64,000 bases of DNA from Felis catus (taxonomy: Eukaryota): contig NC_058368.1 in assembly GCF_018350175.1 (NCBI RefSeq), positions 82,276,001 through 82,340,000 on the forward strand. Direction: 5' to 3'. The number at the start of each line of letters is the position of its first letter. The first letter of the stretch is position 1. Shown one piece after another: positions 56,301-64,000 of the stretch. The notes beneath the pieces were generated by a model. The model did no database searches, was not told the origin of the DNA, and saw only the letters and a program-made list of their open reading frames with translations. Position numbers and translations under genes: made by a program.

Positions 56301-57589
56301 TCTCTCTGTTCTAGGCCAGGGTCTTGCCTGAGGCACTGGTGCCATTTGGGGCTAGATGACTGTCCTGCATGCTGCCCGGTGCCTTGTTGATGTGTTTGGT
56401 GGCACCCTTGGGCCCAGGTGCCAATAGTCACCCCCCTCACACCCCATGTGACAGCCAGAGATGATTACGTGTCCCCTGCTGAGACTCTCAGGGCCCAGTG
56501 CCAACATAGATGGGTTCCAGACGCACATCTGAGCAGCCCTGCTTCCCTCCAGCACCCAGTCCTGCGACTCCACCTCTCTGCGCCCCTGCTCCCTGCCCTG
56601 CCGACCCCACTGGCCTTCAGAAAGTGCCATTTCATGAAATGGTAGAATGTGTGGGGTCCTGGGGGCTGTTCCTGGAAGTTCAGCTTGCAGAGTGTGTGAG
56701 ACTCATCTGTTACACCTCTGCTCCCAGGGCTCCGCACGGTACAGGGCAGGGGGTGGTGGTGGTGGTGGTGGAGTGTGGGCCTGGGGTGTCCTTTACACAC
56801 GCACGCACACACAAGTGCATGTATATACCATCGCAAGGCAGTACACATGCACGCATGCGACCACACGTGCACATGACTACACACGTGCATATACAACCAC
56901 ATCTGTGTATACACGTGCACACAACCACACGCATGCATGCATACACACGTGCATATACAACCATGCACAACCACATACGTGCATAAATGTGCACACACAA
57001 CTATGCACATGCATATACAACCACATACAGTCACACATGTGCATACATGTGCACACACATACATAGCCATGCACATAACACGTGCACACACAACTCGCTG
57101 GGCACCCCCATGCGCTGCCATCTGGAATGCCTTGCTTTGGAGGGCTCCATGTCCTTTTTGGGGCCCCTTTTTCCTCACCTGTTGTCCCCTCCCTCCTGGA
57201 GATCCAGGAGGTCACAAGTACAAGGCCTGGAAGAAGGACCTGTGGTTTCCAGTTTGAGCCCGTCGGGGCTTGGTTTGTGATGTCATGACAGATATTGTGG
57301 CCCTGCTGGCGTTGCCTCGTGTGCGGTGATCTGTGTCTTGAGGAGGGGCTTGGGGTGAAGTGCCACCTCGGTGGGAGTGGACGTGGGGGCGCCCCACTTG
57401 GGCTGCGTGCTGCTGACCGCCTTGTCTCCTCGTTCCCGCAGCGACCTGACCAATGGTGCGGATGGCGTGCTGGCCACGAGCTCCAGCGGGTCCCAGTACA
57501 GCGGCTCCCGGGTGGAGACCCCCGTGTCGTACGTCGGGGAGGACGAGGAGGAGGATGACGACTTCAATGAGAATGAGGAGGAGGACTGA
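19276..57589 (+). CDS. TFDP1: Transcription factor Dp-1, spliced CDS join(19276-19287,37620-37686,45942-46048,48772-48893,50060-50225,50589-50732,51289-51357,52989-53140,53833-53999,54674-54749,57442-57589); 1230 nt, 409 aa
   Basis: All junctions are GT-AG with consistent phases and no internal stop. Translation [27 protein letters not shown]...[13 protein letters not shown]...[22 protein letters not shown] (DEF box)...[11 protein letters not shown]. Confidence 0.98.
21590..21900 (+). repeat. G-rich low-complexity tract (recurrent GGCATGGG), G-quadruplex potential
   Basis: Dense runs of 3-8 G and about six GGCATGGG words. Confidence 0.7.
24270..24410 (+). repeat. C-rich low-complexity tract (CCCCCAG/CCACCCC words)
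   Basis: Direct reading. G-rich on the - strand. Confidence 0.7.
29009..29206 (+). mobile_element. Can-SINE
   Basis: SINE head and body, CT tract, poly(A). TSD-like AATTCAAATGT(C/T)AG on both sides. Confidence 0.9.
29434..29649 (-). mobile_element. Can-SINE
   Basis: Poly(T), GA-rich tract, ...GATCACGACCTGAGTCGAAATCAAGAGT...CCCAGGTGTCCC. TSD-like AAGACACT. Confidence 0.9.
30385..30847 (-). mobile_element. Probable MaLR (MLT1E/F-like) LTR remnant
   Basis: GGGCTGTTGGCCGGAG...CCCCAGCTC...GCCTCGTGGGCCCTCT resembles the remembered antisense MLT1 consensus. Heavily diverged. Confidence 0.45.
37620..37686 (+). CDS. TFDP1: TFDP1 exon 3 ([22 protein letters not shown])
   Basis: CTCTCTGCAG| acceptor, AAAG|GTAAGG donor, 67 nt. 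Confidence 0.97.
42236..42450 (+). mobile_element. Can-SINE
   Basis: GGGGCGCC...GGCTCAGGTCACGATCTC...(CT)n...AATAAAC...poly(A). TSD-like AAAATATTT. Confidence 0.92.
42750..43172 (+). repeat. TG/CA cryptic simple repeat (TG-rich on +)
   Basis: About 420 nt of near-alternating purine-pyrimidine sequence, e.g. GTGCACATGTGTGGTGTG repeated. Confidence 0.92.
44181..44372 (+). mobile_element. Can-SINE
   Basis: GGGGTGCCTGGGTGGCTCA head and A-rich tail. TSD TTTGCTTTTG. Confidence 0.92.
44603..44811 (-). mobile_element. Can-SINE
   Basis: Poly(T)...CCGGGCGCCCC. Imperfect TSD TGAAGTCTGTTCTTT / TGGAGTCTATTCTTT. Confidence 0.92.
45942..46048 (+). CDS. TFDP1: TFDP1 exon 4 ([36 protein letters not shown])
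   Basis: TTGTAG| acceptor, GTG|GTAAGG donor, 107 nt. Confidence 0.97.
48772..48893 (+). CDS. TFDP1: TFDP1 exon 5 ([41 protein letters not shown])
   Basis: CTGTAG| acceptor, CGG|GTGAGC donor, 122 nt. Confidence 0.97.
49003..49291 (+). repeat. ~49-bp-unit G-rich minisatellite, 6 copies (TFDP1 intron 5)
   Basis: Consensus GGGGAGTCGCCCCTGCCCCCACGGTTCGGGGGTCCACACTGTAAAGGGT. CACT(G/A)TAAAGGGTGG occurs six times. Confidence 0.95.
50060..50225 (+). CDS. TFDP1: TFDP1 exon 6 ([24 protein letters not shown]...[11 protein letters not shown] and DNA-binding domain)
   Basis: TTTTGAAG| acceptor, TCT|GTGAGT donor, 166 nt. Confidence 0.97.
50299..50338 (+). repeat. (AC)20 microsatellite
   Basis: Direct reading. 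Confidence 0.95.
50589..50732 (+). CDS. TFDP1: TFDP1 exon 7 ([51 protein letters not shown] box)
   Basis: CCTCCCCAG| acceptor, GAG|GTGTGT donor, 144 nt. Confidence 0.98.
50810..50932 (+). repeat. 38-bp-unit minisatellite, ~3.2 copies (TFDP1 intron 7)
   Basis: GTGGGTGCCCCGTGGGTGCCCGCTTGGGGTCTGGTGCT-like units at 50810, 50848 and 50886. Confidence 0.9.
51289..51357 (+). CDS. TFDP1: TFDP1 exon 8 ([23 protein letters not shown])
   Basis: TCTTGAAG| acceptor, CAG|GTAACG donor, 69 nt. Confidence 0.97.
52821..52842 (+). repeat. Poly(C)22 homopolymer
   Basis: Direct reading. Confidence 0.9.
52989..53140 (+). CDS. TFDP1: TFDP1 exon 9 ([51 protein letters not shown])
   Basis: CTTTTGTAG| acceptor, CAA|GTAGGT donor, 152 nt. 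Confidence 0.97.
53360..53569 (+). mobile_element. Can-SINE
   Basis: GGCTCAGGTCATGATCTT...GAGCCTGCTTGG...(CT)n...AAAATAAA. Imperfect TSD TAAAAGG(G/A)AAAC. Confidence 0.88.
53833..53999 (+). CDS. TFDP1: TFDP1 exon 10 ([55 protein letters not shown])
   Basis: GTCCCCAG| acceptor, CAG|GTCAGT donor, 167 nt. Confidence 0.97.
54674..54749 (+). CDS. TFDP1: TFDP1 exon 11 ([26 protein letters not shown])
   Basis: CTTCTCTTCTCAG| acceptor, CAG|GTGACC donor, 76 nt, phases consistent. Confidence 0.95.
56795..57092 (+). repeat. CA/TG cryptic simple repeat (CA-rich on +)
   Basis: Repeated ACACGTGCATATACAACCAC- and CACATGTGCA-type words. Confidence 0.9.
57442..57589 (+). CDS. TFDP1: TFDP1 exon 12 coding part ([48 protein letters not shown])
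   Basis: CGTTCCCGCAG| acceptor, acidic C-terminus, TGA at 57587-57589. Confidence 0.97.
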
Positions 57590-58441
57590 CACCCGCGGCC
57601 GGCCCTCACAGTCCGCGTCGGGAGAGACTGCTTTTGGTGTGGGCTGGGTTCCTCCTTGGCCCCTCCCAAGGAGACGCCAGAGCGGGCGAGGGCTGCGTTC
57701 CGCGGGGGCTTGGGGCGCGCTGGGGCGCCGGCCACGACGCAGGGCCTCTCTCCGCTGTCCAGGATCTTGTTTGCGTTGTCTGTCTGTAGCTCAGAGTTCA
57801 CTTTGCCCCTTGGTTCTTGCTGAGTGTGCCTCCTCCCACAGCCCGCCGGCAGCTGCGGACGGTGCCGGCCGAGCCCTGCTCTTCAGCCTTGGGCCACGAA
57901 TTGTATTAGGACTTTATTTTCCCTTAAATTATATTGACTGTGTGACTCCATCAAGTTCGTTCATTTTTTTTTCCTCTATGTTGCAGCAAATTGCGAAGTT
58001 CTTTATTTGTTTTTGTTTTGTTTGGTAAAAGTTCACTGCCGTGCTGGTGCAGCTACAAAAACTGGAGGGCTTGGAGCGGCGTGCGGCTTGCGGTGAGGCC
58101 TGCCTGATTTCTCACAGGCAGCGTCTGCAGACTTTACTATATAGTTGTTTACACACCTACACGTCTGTCGTCTAAAGACGCAAACAGAAACAAACGTCGT
58201 ATTTGTTTCGTGAGCATCTTCCTATAATCTACGATAAAGTTGACATTAAATATAGAGAATGTTCTAACAGTTTTTTAACTCAAAATTTGTCAATCATTTT
58301 TAATAGTTCTTTTTTTATAAAAAGAAACGGAATTTCAGGACAGGCAGTAGTCCCTTTTAAAATTTATTCACAAAGAACCATTAACCGCACAGTTGCTGTT
58401 AGCTGCCTGTTCTACAACAATAGTCTTTTTATTGAAACACA

Positions 58442-58531
58442 AATAAACTTTTCTGTAATATTTTATGGAATATAAAGAGACTTTAATTGTTTGACTTGTT
58501 TAACTCGGCACTGTTAGTTTTTATTAATAAA
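58442..58531 (+). terminator. TFDP1: TFDP1 polyadenylation signals (AATAAA at 58442-58447 and 58526-58531)
   Basis: Two canonical hexamers at the end of an AT-rich 3' UTR, ~0.85-0.95 kb after the stop codon. Confidence 0.8.
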
Positions 58532-59315
58532 ACGCGCATGGGCATTTTAAACCAGCTCCGTGTTCCTCTAATTCACGATTATTGTGCGGAAGCTGCAGCG
58601 TGTGTCTTCTCGCTGAGTGAGGACAGTCACCGGGCCGCGCACAGAGCGCCCCTCACCCTCCTCCTGCGTCCTCAGAGCTGGGACAGGTTCTGGGTTGTTG
58701 AGTCTCAGAAGGAATAAGATCGTCAGAGAAGAAAGGACAGTTCACCATCTTAACTTGAACCAGCTGAGAAAACCCACCAGTGTTTTGAAGCCACAGGCCT
58801 TGCAAGGGAGCCCACAGTCCCGTGGGTGGATGTGGCCACCTGCCTGCTCTGGCCAGTCATGACTTCCCTCAACTGCCCTGAGGGCCAGGGGGCCACTGAG
58901 TTCTGGCGCCCTTTGCCTGCTGTGTGTGGGCGGAACCCCCAGACAACGTGTGGGGTGCTTGCATGGGAGTAAGACACCAGGCCGCATGCGATACTAGGGT
59001 GGGAGGCGGGGTTGCTCTGGGACAGGGGGCTTGTTTGGCCACAATGCTCCAGGTTTTTCTAGAGCAGCTGGCAGAGGCGGAGGCATGCCCCTTGGCGACC
59101 GCAGCGCCCTGACTCCCTCTGGGGTTTGCTCTGCCCCACCTGCCACCTGCTCGCCACCCCTCCTTACCAGCCAGAGCTCTGGCTCCCCAACGTAGTCTGA
59201 TTTCCCTGACTTGGGATTGAAACTTTAAGAGGGTTCTTAAAGAAAAAGTGACTTTTTTGTTATTTTTCCCCTTATCAGGAAAGACGTGACTGTTGTATGT
59301 AGAGCAAAGTGTGAC

Positions 59316-59331
59316 TTTAATGTGCTTTATT
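59316..59331 (-). terminator. ATP4B: ATP4B polyadenylation signal (AATAAA 59331-59326, ATTAAA 59321-59316)
   Basis: TTTATT and TTTAAT on + about 350 nt downstream of the ATP4B stop codon. Confidence 0.7.
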
Positions 59332-59678
59332 TGTACAGGGTAGGAATTGTGTCTTTAAAAGCAAGCCTTCCGATCGTCCGTCCTCGTGAGGCGTGTTTCG
59401 TGCTGACGTGGGTCCCAGGAGATCGCAGAGGTCAGGGAAGCTGAGGCACAGTAAGGAGAAAGAAGTTTCCCTGGGGCGAGTATCTGGGTCTTGTTAGTGG
59501 GTAACCACTGCCTCGGGGTCACCGTGTTGGCCCAGCGTTTTGATCCTCACTACGAATTCTGTGTCAAGGAGCAGAGAAGACTTAGCGAGAAGCCGTCGAC
59601 TCCAGTGCCAAGTGCTTACAGGTCACGGCCTGCGGCTCTGGGCTGCTTCCGGTGCTTGGCGGCCGGGCGCCCTGCTCT

Positions 59679-59840
59679 CTACTGCTGGATTTTGAGCTTG
59701 AACTCCACCTTCCCCTCGTAGGGATCGTGGGGGTTGTCAAATGTTACATGATCGGCCAGGATCTTGCACACGATGAGGACCTCCATGTTTCTGGGGACGT
59801 TGAGAAGTTTTACAGCGACCAGAGGGTTGCTGTAGTGGGG
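59679..59840 (-). CDS. ATP4B: ATP4B last exon, coding part ([53 protein letters not shown])
   Basis: Acceptor TTGTTCCAG|, TAG stop at 59681-59679, 162 nt. Confidence 0.96.
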   Translation of the reverse strand, partial: PHYSNPLVAVKLLNVPRNMEVLIVCKILADHVTFDNPHDPYEGKVEFKLKIQQ

Positions 59841-61287
59841 CTGGAACAATGTGGGAAGATGGGAGGAAGCGAGAGTTAGAAACTGTGGCAGACATCCGGG
59901 CAGGCTGCTTGGAGGCGGTGCCTGCCTGCCCTATCTGAGCATGGCTGCCCTCACACGCTCTGCTGTGTGCCAGAACTCACAGTGACAGAGGGGTCTCTCT
60001 CCATGTAGGAACGAGGAGAGTCGGTCTGGGGGGTGAGACAGCACCAGTGACAAAGTTGGCCTCCAATTGTACTTGATGAAAATTAGTTTAAAAATAGAAC
60101 AGGAAAAATTAAGAGACTTGGAGGAAGTGCTTCAGAATGGATATGTGGTGTCCCAACAGGATTTGGGAAGTGCTCGGAAGGTAGATAGAAGAATTAGGTT
60201 TGAAATTTATGTTTTGTGTGAGAGCCTTGTGCTTTCCGGTAGTTACGGGCGGTGGGTTTGGGAAGTGCCCAGAGAGCTGTGTGGTCAGGATGGGCTGAGG
60301 CAGCCTGGTTTGCGGTGCAGGTGAATGTTGATGGCTGTCCTCACGCCGAGCACGTTGCTAACTTTGAGACGGTTCTGCGGCTGGTGGCAGGCCTACCTGT
60401 GCTTTGCTCCCGTAGTAAGGGAAGTAGTGGAGGCTGAAGGTGCCGTTGGGTGGGAAGTACTCCACCTGCAGGGGCTGGGCGTCCTTTTGCTGGTCCTGGG
60501 GACAGAGAGGCCACCACCTGGGTGAGGCAGGAGCTGGGTACATGTGCGTGCAGCTTGTGTGTGTCCTGCCTGGTTGTCTGTGTGTGTGTGCACGCAAACA
60601 GTTCATGTGCAGTTACCAGAGACCAGATCTGGTCTTTAGGATCAGTACTATGATCCCATTGGGCACATAACCTATTAGTTTGCCAAACTAAGGTCACTTT
60701 GGTGACCTATCAGAGTGAAGAATGTGCTGGTTTGTCCGTATACGGGAGTGAAAGCCGAGAGGCTGGGTGGGCCGGTTTTGCCAAAACTGGCCAAAAGTTT
60801 GCGTGACAGTCTGGGGTAAGCACTGCTTTCTCGTTTCTCGTCATTGTAGAGTCTGCGAACTGCCTGGCGGGTGGCTGGATTTCGTCAGAACACAGATGGA
60901 GAACACTTTGGTTTCTGTTAAAGCTCAGGTTGGCCTACATATGTGGTCGAGTGACTACAGGAGGGCCCAGAGCGAGCCAGGGACTCGCCCACAAGAGACA
61001 GGCCCTGGAGGTAGGCGCTGCCCTAAGGGAGCCTCCTGTCGCAGCCGCCAGGGAAACAAGCTTTAGAAAATAATGATGAGCGGAAGCAGTCTGTTTTTTT
61101 GTGCTTGAAAACTGGTTTTGCAGCGGGAGGCGGGGAGGGTGGGGCTCAGCCAGTTAAGCGTCTGACTCTTGATTTTGGCTCAGTGGTCTCATAGTTTGTG
61201 ACATGGAACCCTGCTTCGGGCTCTGTGCTGACAGTGTGGAGCCTGCTTGGGATTCTCCCTCTCTCTCTGCCCCTCCCCTGTGTGTGT

Positions 61288-61339
<52 letters not shown>

Positions 61340-63118
61340 AAAATAGGTAAATGAAAAAATTTTTAAAAAGCTGGTTTTTAGAAAAACTGGAGTGAATTCA
61401 TGCCAACTCTTAGGAGCCCGAACGCGTATGCTGTTAAACATCCATGGCTGTTGGTCACCTGGCATACGTGTAAGTAAATAAGAGAATAAAACCGTAAAAA
61501 GGTACCTCGGTTTTTTCTAAACTGCCACCAAATACTTTGAAGCGTGTTAGTAACGTACTGTTCCAGACGCTTCTGGAAGCAGAACAGTAACAACGATACA
61601 CTGTTTTTCTTACTCGGTTTTTGTGCCCTTAATGAAGCTGCTCTAAGTGATGGTTTGTGACGGTTGGTGCGACTGTGGATCTGGACGGTTGGGCTGGCGG
61701 CTGAGAGGAGCTTGGGGAGAAGTGGCTCCACCACCACGGCCGCGCACTCACCAGGAAGGCGCAGTCCACCCTGGGCGCCGTGCTGTTGCTGGGGAGGAAC
61801 TTGACGATCTGGAAGGGAAGGGCATCCTTGTAGCTCTCCTGCCGGCTGTGTGTGTGAAGGGCCTGTCCGACCTGGGGCTCCGTTGTCACCGCCCGCAGAG
61901 CCACTCCCTGGTGCTCCGTGGGGCCCTGGAGCGGGCGCAGCAGCTGCCCCCGCGACCCGCAGCTCACCTGTGCTGCTCCCACGTCATGCTCTTTCAGCCT
62001 CCTAGGGTCTCGGCCTTCGGATGTACCTCCTTGTGCCTGGTGCCCAGGGCAGTACTGCCCTCCCTGCACGCCCTTCCCCTGCCAGGTGGTGACGAGACCC
62101 AGCAGGGACCCAGGAGCGTGTGCAGGGCACACACTCGTGGCCTCCCCGTCTCTCGGGAAGGGAGATAAATAGCACTCGGCAGGTGTGGGGAGTCCCGAGA
62201 CTGCACCTGTCGCCCAGTATGGAGCAGACACCCCTGGCCCTTCTGCCATCGTCAGCCTCTGGTGGGATGTTCCCGTCCCCTGCACCGAGGCTGCATGGGC
62301 TGTGCTCTCCTGCGGCCTCCCTCATGCCTGGCATGAGGTGTCCAGCCTCCCTCATGCCTGGCAGAGGGTCCCTGGCCCATATTGAAAACCTCTGCTCTGG
62401 ATTGTGTCCGGGTGCCCTCCCAGCACCTGTATGTGGCCCGGCTGCTGTCGAGCTGTTGTGCACACGAGCTAGACTCTGCTGCCCAGTGTCGAGGTGCTGC
62501 TGCTGTGTGAGCTGTTTTCAGGTCGTATCGGGTGGGGGAAGCTCAGGGCACGCTGAGCATAGGAGCAGAGCGGGAGGGGGCAGCGGTGCGCGTCCCAGCC
62601 CCGCCACCGTGGACAGGGGCACGTGGGTCACGTGAGGGCCAGACCCCCGGCCTCCATGCCACGGCCGTCTCCACAGGGGCTCTCAGGACTCACCCTGTTC
62701 ATTTTAATCACAAAACATGGCCTTCCTTCTGCGAAGCCGAAGTTGGGGTCCACCAGCCCTGAGCAATTTTGCAGCATGTCTGCTGTGAACTTGCAGGAGA
62801 ACTTGGTGTGGTTGGGGGCCGTGAACTTTTCCTGGAAGAAGTACTCCTTGGAGGTGCAGTTGATGTTGTCCTGCTGGGACTCTGGCGAGTAGCCTGCGGG
62901 GACACGTGCACTGGGGCTGGCTGGAGGGGGGCATAGCCCAGGCCCCTCCACGAAATTGTCTTGGAAGCGGGAAAAGCAGAGGCTGGAAGCTTGTTAAACT
63001 TCACCTGCCAGGAAGGTGTGGAGGGTGTGCACGAGGTCCACCCAGGTCCTGTTGTCGGAAACATTGTAGGAAATGTCCAGGCCCTTGTCCCCGTAGACAT
63101 CTGGCCTCAAGGTCACCC
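59679..63118 (-). CDS. ATP4B: Gastric H+/K+-ATPase beta subunit, 5'-partial: complement join(63005-63118,62694-62893,61752-61808,60397-60495,59679-59840)
   Basis: GT-AG junctions and a continuous frame [26 protein letters not shown]...[14 protein letters not shown]...[15 protein letters not shown]...VDCAFL...HYFPYYG...PHYSNPLV...[15 protein letters not shown]. Six ectodomain Cys and seven N-x-S/T sequons. The first two exons lie beyond the window end. Confidence 0.97.
60397..60495 (-). CDS. ATP4B: ATP4B exon 6 ([33 protein letters not shown])
   Basis: Acceptor TGTCCCCAG|, donor CAG|GTAGGC, 99 nt. Confidence 0.96.
61125..61369 (+). mobile_element. Can-SINE with expanded (CT)n in an ATP4B intron
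   Basis: GGCTCAGCCAGTTAAGCGTCTGACTCTTGATTTTGGCTCAG body, (CT)n at ~61294-61339. TSD-like AA(A/G)CTGGTTTT. Confidence 0.88.
61752..61808 (-). CDS. ATP4B: ATP4B exon 5 ([19 protein letters not shown])
   Basis: Acceptor CCCTTCCAG|, donor CTG|GTGAGT, 57 nt. Confidence 0.96.
62694..62893 (-). CDS. ATP4B: ATP4B exon 4 ([67 protein letters not shown])
   Basis: Acceptor GTCCCCGCAG|, donor AGG|GTGAGT, 200 nt. Confidence 0.97.
63005..63118 (-). CDS. ATP4B: ATP4B exon 3 ([38 protein letters not shown])
   Basis: Acceptor CTCTCTTCCCAG|, donor CAG|GTGAAG, 114 nt. Confidence 0.96.
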
Positions 63119-64000
63119 CTGGGAAGAGAGCAGGACGTGTGTGACTCAGTTCCCCCCAAGGTGTTGGTCACACCCAGCCACGTGCTGCAGACTCCCACAC
63201 ACCGCTGTCTGGCCCGGTGGCCAAGCATGGGTTGCTGCGGTCCTCAGGGGCCCCTGTGCGAGGGGACAGTGTCTGCGTGTCCTCCGCAACAGTGGCTCCA
63301 CAGGGGCCCTGCCCGGAACCACGCTAGGCGGAGTTGTATTTGAATACACATTTGAAAAATCTTCACTGGTTTTGATTAAAAGCAATTGACAACATGTTAA
63401 TTGTACAAAAAGTCAGGATGCACATGTGTAGGGAGTGGCAGTGGTTGCCTGTGTGCTGGGCGTCCTCACTTCTGTGAGCATCAGACGCGCGACCCTGTGT
63501 GTGCCATAAATTGGATAAATGGGGTCCCACCACCCAGATTCCACTCTCCTCCTTCCATGTCCCGATGCTGTTGTAAGTGTGTCGTCATCGAACTGTCCAC
63601 AGATACCACGTGCTGTTTCCCTGTGTGAATGAAGCTGGCCCCTTTGACGTGGGGACTTTTTAGATACGTCAGCCGGTGTTCTGTCCTTTCGTGGATGCTG
63701 TGGGCGCAACGTCTGTGTGCAGATTCAGGTCAAACCCTGGCGAGGATCTGACCCAGGGGAGCGTGGGCACACCGCACAGCGTCCTCTCTGCTGGCGCTGT
63801 CAGCCTGTTCGTGCGTGTCAGTGGTGGCTGCTCCCCCCCACCCCCCGGGCTCCGGGCGAAGCACGTGTGCCACGCATCACGCTCTGTTCTGCGGCCACCG
63901 TGAGCTTACCTGTTGCCTGGCTCTAAAAACAACGCCCAGTAGAGCACTGTGGTGTTGTGATGCCGGGTGAAGGGATTTCCCGAAGACCCCTGGGGTGGAG

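Noticed and set aside
62320..62338. CATG-N5-CATG as a p53 response element
   Set aside because: The core spacing should be 6 nt and the flanks do not match RRR/YYY.

Overview
Mammalian (carnivore, very likely felid) genomic DNA, not prokaryotic. It contains the complete TFDP1 gene (transcription factor Dp-1) on the + strand: a CpG-island promoter at ~18.1-19.1 kb, a non-coding first exon, and 11 coding exons from 19276 to 57589. All junctions are GT-AG and the 1230-nt CDS encodes 409 aa. The 3' part of ATP4B (gastric H+/K+-ATPase beta subunit; last five coding exons, 63118 to 59679) lies tail-to-tail with it on the - strand. The rest is intronic or intergenic: 14 Can-SINE copies (including a young cat-type SINE nested in the tail of an older one), a ~7 kb block of decayed L1 fragments, MaLR-like LTR remnants, microsatellites and three minisatellites. 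Almost all ORFs in the supplied track are spurious GC-rich or low-complexity frames. I see no clearly novel biological system. The best unexplained signals are an orphan promoter-like CpG island at ~2.6-3.9 kb with splice donors on both strands, inverted-repeat architecture inside the TFDP1 pre-mRNA, and a K-to-S change in the conserved YYGK motif of ATP4B. Repeat boundaries are approximate, and comparisons with human proteins and repeat consensus sequences are from memory, not from an alignment.
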